Shown piece after piece: positions 8,083-17,126 of a DNA stretch of 27,006 nucleotides. This DNA is from a virus (Duplodnaviria; Caudoviricetes): positions 1 through 27,006 of IMG/VR virus record IMGVR_UViG_3300017707_001044; one strand, 5' to 3'. Each line of letters begins with the position of its first letter. The stretch's first letter is position 1. Below the pieces are notes generated by a model. That model saw only the letters and a program-made list of their open reading frames with translations. It was not told the origin of the DNA and did not search any database. The translations under genes and the position numbers were made by a program.

Positions 8083-8673
8083 ATGGCAGGAACAGCACAA
8101 ATAACAGGTGCGTATAATGGTTTTGCACCTCAATCAGCAGGTAATGACGGATCAATTTTGTGCGTAAGTACAAACAGTCCAAAACCTACTTTTAGATACA
8201 CCGCAGTAGACATTACACCTGTTGCAACTGCAACTGATGTTTTAGTTTTAATAGGCTCTGCAACTAAAGTAATTCGAGTTACTAAAATTACAATTATGGG
8301 GTCTGCTACTGCTTCAGCAATTTATGACGTGTATTTAGTTAAACGAACTGCTGCTAATACTGGAGGAACTTCAACTGCGCCAACTGCTACCGCAGCCGAC
8401 ACTAATGATGGGACAGCATCAGCTACATTAGCGCTTTATACTGCAAACCCATCTGCATTGGGTACAGGCACTAATATGGAAGCAGCTAAAACTTATTTAG
8501 GAACGGCTGCTATAACCTCACCTCAAATTAATTTTATTTGGGGCAACCGTAATGATAAAGCTCCAGTATTGCGAGGAACTAGCGAAGCAATAGCGATTAA
8601 TTTTGCTGGCGCAGCAGTACCAACTGGCGCGTCATTATATTTATCTGTTGAATGGACAGAGGACACCATTTAA
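8083..8673 (+). CDS. T/A/G-rich putative head spike/fibre protein
   Basis: Beta-rich composition, C-terminal EWTE, located in head module. Confidence 0.65.
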   Translation: MAGTAQITGAYNGFAPQSAGNDGSILCVSTNSPKPTFRYTAVDITPVATATDVLVLIGSATKVIRVTKITIMGSATASAIYDVYLVKRTAANTGGTSTAPTATAADTNDGTASATLALYTANPSALGTGTNMEAAKTYLGTAAITSPQINFIWGNRNDKAPVLRGTSEAIAINFAGAAVPTGASLYLSVEWTEDTI

Positions 8674-8999
8674 TGCCTTTATATGAAGTTAAATGTCGAG
8701 TTTGCGGAAAACATCAGGATATTTTCCGCAAATTAGCTGATTGGGATAAGCTACCTGACTGCTGTGGCGAACCCACAAGTCGAGTTTTATCTGCTCCAGC
8801 TGTATTTGAAGATATAAAACCTTATAAATCTATGGTAACTGGTGAAATGATTACTAGCCGAAGCCATCATCGTAAGCATTTGATAACCCATAATGTACGC
8901 GAAGTTGGCAACGATAATCATACACCTCAAGTCGACCATTTTGCCATCAAACGTAAAAAAGAAGCTTTGCGTAAAGAAATAGCTGAAAAATTTAATTAA
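8673..8999 (+). CDS. FmdB-like zinc-ribbon protein
   Basis: MPLYEVKCRVCG...PDCCG...RVLSAP; start reassigned to TAATG-coupled ATG 8673. Confidence 0.85.
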   Translation: MPLYEVKCRVCGKHQDIFRKLADWDKLPDCCGEPTSRVLSAPAVFEDIKPYKSMVTGEMITSRSHHRKHLITHNVREVGNDNHTPQVDHFAIKRKKEALRKEIAEKFN

Positions 9000-9015
9000 T
9001 TAACTAAGGATATTT

Positions 9016-9981
9016 ATGAGTGACGATACAATGCTTGACGACTCAAGCCAAGTAGAATCTTCTGAAGTAGAAGAATCAACATCAACTGCTTCAACTGAGC
9101 CTGAAACGACCCATGATATAATAGGCAGGGAATTAGATAAATTAAACCCTGAAGAAACTGAAAAACCTGAAGAAAAAGCATCTGAAGAACCAAAACCAGT
9201 AGCATCTGAACGCTCACCGTGGAAATCATGGAAGGCTGAAGCAGCAAAAGCGCTGGAAAAGTTGCCTGAGGAAACGCAGAAGTATATAATCGAACGTGAA
9301 ACTCAATTTCATAAAGGGATTGAGCAATATAAGGAAGCGGCCAACTATGCTAAAACCATAGATAGAGCAATATCGCCTTATAAAGATTACATGAGTAATT
9401 TGGGTGTGACACCTGACGTGGCATTTACCAATTTACTTAAAACTGAACATACGCTTAGAATGGGATCATACCAAGAAAAAGCGGAAATGTTGCAAAAATT
9501 AGCGCATGACTATCAGATTGATTTGAACGCTCTAGCCGGAGTGCCTTACGATCCTAACATGCACAACTTAAAAGCGCAGTTGGAGTATACCCAAAGTCAA
9601 CTGCAAGCCTCTAACAACTTTAGACAAAGCCAAGAGGATGTACAAATTCAATCAGCTATTGATGAATTTGCACAATCACATGAACATTTTACAGACGTAC
9701 AAGCTACGATGGCCGACCTGCTAGAACGTGGATTTGCGAACGATTTGGATGATGCTTATGCGAAAGCCATACGACTAGATGATAATGTATTTAACAAAAC
9801 CATTGCTCAACAACAAGGTGGGGTTAATCGTCAGAATTTAGTACAGGCAAATCAAGCAGCTCAGGCTGCAAAGGCCGCAGCCGTATCTGTAAAAGGCGCT
9901 CCTGCTGGAGTGACTCGATCAGTTACACCTGCATCAACTGAAGATGCCGTTCGTCAAGCCATGCGCTTACACGGTTTATAA
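9016..9981 (+). CDS. Capsid scaffolding protein
   Basis: Acidic disordered N-terminus, helical core, directly upstream of capsid; RBS TAAGGA. Confidence 0.8.
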   Translation: MSDDTMLDDSSQVESSEVEESTSTASTEPETTHDIIGRELDKLNPEETEKPEEKASEEPKPVASERSPWKSWKAEAAKALEKLPEETQKYIIERETQFHKGIEQYKEAANYAKTIDRAISPYKDYMSNLGVTPDVAFTNLLKTEHTLRMGSYQEKAEMLQKLAHDYQIDLNALAGVPYDPNMHNLKAQLEYTQSQLQASNNFRQSQEDVQIQSAIDEFAQSHEHFTDVQATMADLLERGFANDLDDAYAKAIRLDDNVFNKTIAQQQGGVNRQNLVQANQAAQAAKAAAVSVKGAPAGVTRSVTPASTEDAVRQAMRLHGL

Positions 9982-10001
9982 TTTTTTAGAGGAATACTAT
10001 T

Positions 10002-11000
10002 ATGGCTTTCGCCAACAGTGCAATCAGCGATATTATCGCTACAACCATTGAATCCCGTACTAAATCGGCTCAAAACAACTTATCTAACAACAATGCTTTA
10101 TTGATGAGGTTGTCAGAACGTGGGAATATCAAAACTATTTCTGGTGGTTCAACAATTTTACAAGAATTGTTCTATAACGACCCTAATACAAACTATGCAG
10201 CTTCATACTCCGGTTATGAAACTATTAATATTTCACCTGACAGTCCTATCAGTGCTGCTCAATTTAACTTAAAGCACTATGCCGATGCAGTAACTATTTC
10301 AGGCCCTGAAATGTTACAAAACAGCGGTAAAGAGCAAATGATTGAATTGCTTGCAACTCGTGTTGAAATTGCTGAAGCTCGCTTACGCAACAAAATTGAC
10401 ACTGATTTACATGGTGATGGTACTGGTAACGCTGGTAAGAACTTAGTTGGTTTGGCTGCTATGATTAGCACTACCCCTACTACTGGTACTTACGGTGGTA
10501 TTGATCGTGCTACTTGGGCTTTCTGGCGCAATGGTGCTTATACTTCTACTACTTTGGCTGGTACAGGCGCTACTGCTGCTAACATCCAAAACAGCATGAA
10601 CACTGTAGCATTATCTGTTGTTCGTGGTACTGACCATGTTGACTTGATCTATGCTGGATCAACTGCATACTCTGTTTACTTGTCATCTTTACAAGCTATT
10701 CAACGTATCACTGATGATAAATTAGGTGCAGCTGGTTTCAGTGCATTGAAATTCTATGGCGGTGCTGGTTCTGCTGACGTTGTACTGGGTGGTGGTATCG
10801 GTGGAAACCAAACTGCAACTCGTATGGACTTCATAAACACTAAATATGTTTATTTCCGTCCACACAAAGACCGCAACTTTGTTCCTATCGGTGGTGATCG
10901 CCAAGCGGTAAACCAAGATGCAATCGTTCGTTTAATTGGCTTCTCTGGCGCATTAACTTGCTCAGGCGCTCAATTCAACGCTACTTTCTCAACTCTGTAA
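10002..11000 (+). CDS. Major capsid protein
   Basis: SDIIATTIESR, YSGYE, NSGKEQ, GDGTG motifs typical of this podoviral capsid family; strong RBS GAGGA. Confidence 0.93.
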   Translation: MAFANSAISDIIATTIESRTKSAQNNLSNNNALLMRLSERGNIKTISGGSTILQELFYNDPNTNYAASYSGYETINISPDSPISAAQFNLKHYADAVTISGPEMLQNSGKEQMIELLATRVEIAEARLRNKIDTDLHGDGTGNAGKNLVGLAAMISTTPTTGTYGGIDRATWAFWRNGAYTSTTLAGTGATAANIQNSMNTVALSVVRGTDHVDLIYAGSTAYSVYLSSLQAIQRITDDKLGAAGFSALKFYGGAGSADVVLGGGIGGNQTATRMDFINTKYVYFRPHKDRNFVPIGGDRQAVNQDAIVRLIGFSGALTCSGAQFNATFSTL

Positions 11001-11018
11001 TCAGAAGGTTTAACTCAA

Positions 11019-11513
11019 ATGGCTTATAAAATTACTGATCCTTTGATAGGCGCACAACCTATCGCAGTAACCGACACTACTCAAAATCATCAACTTGGTA
11101 CTATTGTCCGAGCTGAAGATTCTACTTACGGTGCTGGTGAATTTATTTATCTAAAAGGCGTTGCGTCTACTGCTGTAGGCTCAATGGTTGATTACGATAG
11201 TTACTTAGCGACTACTGCTTTATCACCTGCAACTGGCGGTGTAGGCCCTGTTGCTGTTGCTATGTCAGCTAACGTTGCCAGCCAATATGGTTGGTATCAA
11301 ATAGCTGGTGTTGCGGCTGTTAAAGCTCCAAATGCTATGACTGCTGGAGCTGATGTGTTTTCATTGGCTGCAACTCCTGGCTCTGTTGATGATGCTGCTG
11401 TTAATGGTGAGCAAATCCTCAATGCTAAAGTCAGCGTTACAACTGGTACTCCTTCAACTGGCTTAGGTTTGATTGCTATCAACAGACCTTTCCATCAAGG
11501 CCAAGTATCATAA
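11019..11513 (+). CDS. Capsid decoration/cement protein
   Basis: Follows capsid, before terminator; LGT, GEFIYLKG, QYGWYQIAG motifs. Confidence 0.75.
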   Translation: MAYKITDPLIGAQPIAVTDTTQNHQLGTIVRAEDSTYGAGEFIYLKGVASTAVGSMVDYDSYLATTALSPATGGVGPVAVAMSANVASQYGWYQIAGVAAVKAPNAMTAGADVFSLAATPGSVDDAAVNGEQILNAKVSVTTGTPSTGLGLIAINRPFHQGQVS

Positions 11514-11528
11514 TCTGATGTAATAAAG

Positions 11529-11556
11529 GGAGGGTTAAAACTAACCCTCCTATTTT
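11529..11556 (+). terminator. Rho-independent terminator after capsid genes
   Basis: GGAGGGTTA-AAAC-TAACCCTCC-TATTTT. Confidence 0.85.
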
Positions 11557-11581
11557 AACTCCTAAACGGGACGCTTTAAAA

Positions 11582-12130
11582 ATGGCAGATGATATTAGTT
11601 ATGTAGGTGATATAGGTGGCGATGCGTATTTAGATGTATCGTTTTATGAAGGTATTTACGAAGGTAAAGAAGAAGATTTTATCAGAATCGGAGTGCCAGG
11701 TGATAAATCATTAACTATTGATACAATGGTTGAAGATTCACACAAACGGAGATTTGCAAGGCAATGGGATGCTTATAAAGGACTTAAAGATATAAAAGGA
11801 ACGCCAATGGTTGAATGGTTAGAAATATCCGAATCATTGCGACATGAATTAGCCTATCAAGGCTTCAGATTTATAGAACAAGTTGCAAGCGCACCGGATT
11901 CAGCTTTTGCTAGAATGATGGGTGGTATGCAATTAAGAACAAAAGCGCAAGCTTTTTTAAATAGAGGTAAAATTGATGCTGATGTTATAATTCAGCAACA
12001 AAACGACCAAATAGCAGAACTTCAAGAACAAATGAAGCTTTTGATGACTTCAATGAATATTGAGAAGCCTAAACGCACTCGAAAAAGCACTGAAGCTACT
12101 GAAATTGATCCAGAAGTACCAATAGCATAG
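11582..12130 (+). CDS. Conserved phage protein with HhH-like segment and coiled-coil tail
   Basis: GTPxxEW...ELxxxGFxxxEQVA pattern; C-terminal heptads and basic patch. Confidence 0.7.
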   Translation: MADDISYVGDIGGDAYLDVSFYEGIYEGKEEDFIRIGVPGDKSLTIDTMVEDSHKRRFARQWDAYKGLKDIKGTPMVEWLEISESLRHELAYQGFRFIEQVASAPDSAFARMMGGMQLRTKAQAFLNRGKIDADVIIQQQNDQIAELQEQMKLLMTSMNIEKPKRTRKSTEATEIDPEVPIA

Positions 12131-12139
12131 GAACATAAT

Positions 12140-13048
12140 ATGGCAACCCTTTTATCAAACGTCCAAGATGTCTGTTTAGAACTAGGGTTGCCCGTCCCTA
12201 CTGTTGTTGCTACTTCAACTGATCCCCAAGTGCTTCAAATAATGGCACTGATGAATCGAACGGGGGACATCTTATCAACTGATAGGGATTGGCAAACTCT
12301 TGCAGCGGAATATCGATTTGAAACGGTATACTATCAATATACTGGTGATGTAACGGCTGGATCAACAACAATTAGTAATTTAAGTTCAGTAGTAGGATTA
12401 TCAACTGAATTTATGGCAACTGGCACAGGTATTCAACAAGACAGTTTTCTAACTTCTGTTGGTACTACAACTGCTGAAATGTCTATTCCATCTACCGAAA
12501 CTGCTACCGGAATCACTATCACTTTTGGTCAAGCCAAATATGATATGCCGAGTGATTACGCTCGTATGGTGGATAAGACTCAATATAATAAATCTAATCG
12601 ATGGTCAATTATCGGCCCTAAAGATGCTCAGGAATGGCAATGGCTTAAAGCTAGTTATGTAACAACTGGCCCTCGTATGCGTTTCCGCATGATGGGGGAT
12701 AAGTTTACTTTATGGCCAATGCCAACTGCTACATTGGTGTTAGGGTTTGAATATGTATCTAATGGATGGGTTATTGATGCTAATGGAACTTATAAATCTA
12801 AATTTACTGCTGATACGGATACCAGTCGATTTACTGACCGTGTTTTAACATTAGGCACTAAACTTAAACTTTTTGAAATTAAAGGGTTTGATACGTCAGC
12901 GGTGCTTCAAGATTACACCCGTGAATTAGATAAATGGAAAGCTTCTGAATCAGGTGCAGATACTTTATCACTCGCCCCCCGTTATCCAAATATCCTACTT
13001 ACACAGAACAACCTACCTGATACTGGTTATGGCAACACTACAAGTTAG
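12140..13048 (+). CDS. Head-tail adaptor / tail tubular protein A-like
   Basis: MATLL..VQDVCLELG N-terminus, YDMPSDY, WPMP; position before nozzle. Confidence 0.75.
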   Translation: MATLLSNVQDVCLELGLPVPTVVATSTDPQVLQIMALMNRTGDILSTDRDWQTLAAEYRFETVYYQYTGDVTAGSTTISNLSSVVGLSTEFMATGTGIQQDSFLTSVGTTTAEMSIPSTETATGITITFGQAKYDMPSDYARMVDKTQYNKSNRWSIIGPKDAQEWQWLKASYVTTGPRMRFRMMGDKFTLWPMPTATLVLGFEYVSNGWVIDANGTYKSKFTADTDTSRFTDRVLTLGTKLKLFEIKGFDTSAVLQDYTRELDKWKASESGADTLSLAPRYPNILLTQNNLPDTGYGNTTS

Positions 13049-13084
13049 GGTTATTGCAAAAGCATGTTAATTAAGGTTATATAA

Positions 13085-14641
13085 ATGTTAAGACCCAAAC
13101 GCCAAACTTCGAGAACAATAACTGTTACTGCACCTATTGGCGGTTGGAACTCTCGCGATCCTTTAGCGGAAATGAAACCTACTGATGCAGTAGTATTAGA
13201 TAATTGGTTTTGCACACCTACTGAATTAAGGTCAAGAAAAGGGTATTCAGATTGGGCTACTGGGATACCTGGCGTTGTTCAATCTTTAATTGATTATGAT
13301 GCGCCTAATGGAACTGAACAGCTTTTTGCAGTCAGTAATGATTCAGGAACTTGTGCTATTTATAATGCAACTTCTCAAGGCGCTGTTGGATCGGCAGTTG
13401 TTACTGGATTAACTAATGCTAAATGGTATCACGCTCAATTTGCTACTTCAGGGGGATCATTTTTACTAGCTGTTAATGGTTTAGATTCCATGCGTATCTA
13501 TGACGGTACTACATGGTACACAGTTACAGGTGTATCTACTCCTTATGCTATTACAGGCATTGCAACTACCAGTTTAATTGATGTTCATACGCATAAAAGG
13601 CGTAATTGGTTTATTCAAAAGGAATCGTTAAAATGTTGGTATTTAGATACTGATGCTATTTCTGGCGCAGCATCAATGTTTGATTTCGGGCCTATCTTTG
13701 AATTTGGAGGCTCAATAGCTCGTATAGATACATGGTCATTAGATGCTGGATACGGCATGGATGATTATTTTGTCGTTATTACAACTTCTGGTCAGATAGC
13801 AGTTTATAAAGGAACAGACCCTTCTAGCGCTAATGATTGGGCGTTAATAGGTGTTTATTTAGTAGGATCGCCAGTAGGTGAGCGTTGCGCATGCAAATAC
13901 GGTGGCGATGTTCTTTTATTAGGTAAAGATGGACTTATTCCTTTATCTAAAGCGTTAATGTCTAGCCGAGTTAGTACGCATTTGATGATTACTGATAAGA
14001 TTCAGAATCAATTAGCCGCAGATACTACTACTTACGCAAGCAATTATGGATGGGATATACTTCTCTACCCTCCACAAAATATGCTTCTTGTTAATATCCC
14101 TATTAGTGCTACTGAAAGTTATCAGTATGTCATGAATACAATTTCAGGCGGTTGGGCAAGATGGACTAATATCCCTGCACAATGTTGGTGTTTTGCTAAT
14201 GAGGATATTTATTTTGGTTCAACAGGGAAAGTTTGTAAAGCATGGGATACCTATTCAGATAATGGTCAACCTATCGTAACGGATTTATTACCTGCGTTTA
14301 GTGCTTTTGGCTCACGCAGTCAAATTAAGCGTTGGACGATGGCAAGAGTGTCAATGGGGTACACCAACTCTTTTGGTATCACCAATCAAATGAACCTTGA
14401 TTTTGACCAAAGTGCAGCTCCTAGTAATCCTCAAGTAACTGTAATTCCTTCAAGCGGTGTTTGGGATCAAAGTAAATGGGATCAAGTTACTTGGGCAACG
14501 GAAATTATACCTTTTGCCAGATGGCAAATGGCTACAGGAATGGGGCATTACGGAGCTTATAGGGTTAAGACTAGCAGTTCTGCTGCGGATGTCAGATATT
14601 ACGCAACTGATTATGTATTTGAACCTGGAGGCGTGTTGTAA
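13085..14641 (+). CDS. Tail nozzle / DNA-stabilisation protein (tail tubular B / P22 gp10-like)
   Basis: APIGGWNSRD, LDNWF, RKGY N-terminal motifs; propeller-like beta content; GGVL terminus. Confidence 0.8.
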   Translation: MLRPKRQTSRTITVTAPIGGWNSRDPLAEMKPTDAVVLDNWFCTPTELRSRKGYSDWATGIPGVVQSLIDYDAPNGTEQLFAVSNDSGTCAIYNATSQGAVGSAVVTGLTNAKWYHAQFATSGGSFLLAVNGLDSMRIYDGTTWYTVTGVSTPYAITGIATTSLIDVHTHKRRNWFIQKESLKCWYLDTDAISGAASMFDFGPIFEFGGSIARIDTWSLDAGYGMDDYFVVITTSGQIAVYKGTDPSSANDWALIGVYLVGSPVGERCACKYGGDVLLLGKDGLIPLSKALMSSRVSTHLMITDKIQNQLAADTTTYASNYGWDILLYPPQNMLLVNIPISATESYQYVMNTISGGWARWTNIPAQCWCFANEDIYFGSTGKVCKAWDTYSDNGQPIVTDLLPAFSAFGSRSQIKRWTMARVSMGYTNSFGITNQMNLDFDQSAAPSNPQVTVIPSSGVWDQSKWDQVTWATEIIPFARWQMATGMGHYGAYRVKTSSSAADVRYYATDYVFEPGGVL

Positions 14642-15027
14642 TGGATGCAGTTAGATTAGCCCAATTATTAAGACAGATGCCTGAATATAATAATGAAGGC
14701 TACGATATGCAATCTTATTTAGCTAAATACGGTCAGCCTCAAGCACCTGCGCCTTATGCGTCTGCACAAGGTTCAGGGATGCACTTAACTGATGAATTTA
14801 AAATGCCTAACCATAAAACATTTAGTAGCGGATCGTCTTATTCAGCTCCTGATATTCAAGGAGGGCAATGGCAATCTGGCGGTAAAGATAGATGGAATTT
14901 TCAACCTTCTGAATTGAATTTACAAAATAGATCAGTTAAAGATTTAAGTGATTATTTTGCTAATGAAGAACGTAAAAATACTTTTATAACGTTACCAAAC
15001 GGTCAGTTAGTTGAAGGTAGTAGATGA
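14641..15027 (+). CDS. 128-aa hypothetical protein, candidate injected cargo
   Basis: Coupled at both ends (TAATG, ATGA); HLTDEFKMPNHKTFS motif; N-terminal RLAQLLRQ. Confidence 0.8.
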   Translation: MDAVRLAQLLRQMPEYNNEGYDMQSYLAKYGQPQAPAPYASAQGSGMHLTDEFKMPNHKTFSSGSSYSAPDIQGGQWQSGGKDRWNFQPSELNLQNRSVKDLSDYFANEERKNTFITLPNGQLVEGSR

Positions 15028-15428
15028 TCCGAGTCTTTACAGATGACCAAGAACGCATAGGCACTTGGTTTTGTGAAGTCAACGGTAATGAATACTCGCC
15101 TATAGGAATGACGTTTATAGGATTGGAATCTCACGGTGAGATTGTAGCTGCTACAGGATATAACTGCTTTAATGGCGCAAGTGTTCAAATGCACGTTGCC
15201 ATTACCGGACGATTTAACAGAGAAGCTTTATGGTATGCGTTTCACTATCCGTTTATTGAACTAGGGGTGAAGAAGATTATTGCGCCTGTACCCAGTACGA
15301 ATACCAAAGCTTTACGATTAGATTACCATTTTGGATTTAAGTTAGAAGCCATTATAGAAGATGCAGCGCCTGATGGTGATCTTCATCTACTTACAATGAC
15401 AAAAGAACAGTGTCGATATTTAAAATAA
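15024..15428 (+). CDS. GNAT-fold acetyltransferase-like virion assembly protein
   Basis: FHYPFIELG, NTKALRL..HFGFKLE GNAT motifs; position between nozzle and ejection proteins. Confidence 0.85.
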   Translation: MIRVFTDDQERIGTWFCEVNGNEYSPIGMTFIGLESHGEIVAATGYNCFNGASVQMHVAITGRFNREALWYAFHYPFIELGVKKIIAPVPSTNTKALRLDYHFGFKLEAIIEDAAPDGDLHLLTMTKEQCRYLK

Positions 15429-15431
15429 ATA

Positions 15432-15458
15432 TTGCAAACACGATTTATTTGATATACT
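15432..15458 (+). promoter_or_regulatory. Promoter upstream of ejection genes
   Basis: TTGCAA-N15-TATACT with extended -10 TG. Confidence 0.5.
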
Positions 15459-15512
15459 AGCGTGAAATCTGGCAACCCAGTTTTTATGCCGAAATTTACA
15501 GGACATTAAAAC

Positions 15513-17123
15513 ATGAGCCAACCTTCAGCACCACCTCCTCCTGATTATGCAGCCGCAGCAGCACAAACGTCTGCTGGTAACGCTTTACAAGCTCAAATAG
15601 CTCAATATGGATCAATGACCAATCAGGTCACTCCTTACGGGCAGGTTAATTACACTCCTAATTTAGTTAAATATTCTAATGCTAAAGGCCAAGAACTTTC
15701 AGCAGCAGAATATGCTACGTTAAGTGGCAACAAAAAAACCGCTGGTCAAGTTAAAGGCTATATGCCTGTAAATCAATGGACGCAAACGGTTTCATTATCC
15801 CCTACAGAACAAGCAGCGTTTGAGCAAAACAATCGCATCAATGCTCAATTAGGTAATGTTGCTGAAGGTGGTGTCGGATATGTTCAACAAGCATTAGCTA
15901 ATCCAATACAAGGCCAGCAGTATTCAGGAAATATTGATCCTACTGCTAACCAAATGGTTAGAAATGTTAATGCCCCTACTTTACAAGGTAGTTATGGTAA
16001 CAATGCAGGGCAAATACAAACTCAGTCTGAAGCTAATCAATACGCGCAAGGTAGCGTAGCTAATAACGCTAATCAATTTCAAACTCAGTCTGGAGCTAAT
16101 CAATACGCGCAAGGTAATGTAGCTAATAACGCTAATCAATTTCAAACTAGCGTTCAAGACCCAAATTTACTAAACCAGCAAGTTCAAAATGCGCTTTATC
16201 AAAACGCTACTCAATATCTTGATCCTCAATTTAAACAATCTAATGCTCAATTAGCTAATAGATTAGCTAATCAAGGTATTACTCAAGGATCAGAAGCGTA
16301 TAATAACGCAATGCTAAATGCTGGAAATGCGCAACAACAAGCCTACGAATCAGCTAGAAATAATGCAGTAAGTGGTGGTATAAACGCTGCTCAAGGAATG
16401 TTTGGCATGAACCTTCAACAAGGGCAATTTGCTAATCAAGCATTAGGGCAACAATTTGGACAGAATTTGAATGCTGCTGAGTTTGCTAATCAAGCAGCAG
16501 CGCAGAACAACCAAATGATGTTAGCTAATCAACAAGCGTATAACCAAGCATTAGGGCAACAATTTGGGCAGAATGTAACTAATCAACAATTAGGTAATTC
16601 AGCAGCAGCGCAGAACAACCAAATGATGTTAGCTAATCAACAAGCGTATAACCAAGCTCTTGGTCAGCAAAATACTCAAAATATGGGGGCTGCGGATTTT
16701 GCTAATCAAGCTGCTCAAGCTCAATACGGAATGGGTATGCAAAATGCAGCATTGCAAAATCAAGCTGCACAGCAAGCATATCAACAAGCGTTGCAGTCAG
16801 GTCAATTCCAAAACCAAACAGCAGCTCAAAAATTTGCACAAGATCAAGCATTGCAACAAAATCCGTTGAACATGCTTAACGCTGTTCGTACAGGTTCACA
16901 AATGCAAGTAGCTCAGATGCCTCAAGTTGGTCAGTCTAATCCTGCTGCACTTCAAGCAGTAGCTGGCCCTGATATGTTAGGCGCTGCAACTGCTCAAGGA
17001 CAGTACAACATGAATACTTACAATCAACAAATGGCGGCTAATAACGCTATGTGGGGAGGATTAACCCAAGCTGGAGGTATGTTGGGTGGTGCAGGGATTG
17101 GCGCAGCTTTTGGAGGGAGATAA
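15513..17123 (+). CDS. Q/N-rich DNA ejection (pilot) protein
   Basis: APPPPDY N-terminus, NQVTPYG, LANQGI..GSEAY motifs, Gly-rich hydrophobic C-terminus. Confidence 0.8.
   Translation: MSQPSAPPPPDYAAAAAQTSAGNALQAQIAQYGSMTNQVTPYGQVNYTPNLVKYSNAKGQELSAAEYATLSGNKKTAGQVKGYMPVNQWTQTVSLSPTEQAAFEQNNRINAQLGNVAEGGVGYVQQALANPIQGQQYSGNIDPTANQMVRNVNAPTLQGSYGNNAGQIQTQSEANQYAQGSVANNANQFQTQSGANQYAQGNVANNANQFQTSVQDPNLLNQQVQNALYQNATQYLDPQFKQSNAQLANRLANQGITQGSEAYNNAMLNAGNAQQQAYESARNNAVSGGINAAQGMFGMNLQQGQFANQALGQQFGQNLNAAEFANQAAAQNNQMMLANQQAYNQALGQQFGQNVTNQQLGNSAAAQNNQMMLANQQAYNQALGQQNTQNMGAADFANQAAQAQYGMGMQNAALQNQAAQQAYQQALQSGQFQNQTAAQKFAQDQALQQNPLNMLNAVRTGSQMQVAQMPQVGQSNPAALQAVAGPDMLGAATAQGQYNMNTYNQQMAANNAMWGGLTQAGGMLGGAGIGAAFGGR
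16017..16148 (+). repeat. 63-bp in-frame tandem duplication
   Basis: 16017-16079 vs 16080-16142 differ at 3 positions. Confidence 0.9.
16493..16657 (+). repeat. In-frame direct repeat, 108-bp period
   Basis: 57 identical bp at 16493-16549 and 16601-16657. Confidence 0.9.
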
Positions 17124-17126
17124 ATA

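Noticed and set aside
10998-11021. Stop-codon readthrough fusing capsid to the decoration protein (in frame, 6 sense codons)
   Set aside because: TAA is rarely read through, the downstream gene has its own RBS, and in-frame spacing occurs one time in three
15468-15485. Terminator/attenuator CTGG-CAAC-CCAG-TTTTT upstream of the ejection gene
   Set aside because: Stem of only 4 bp; too weak to call
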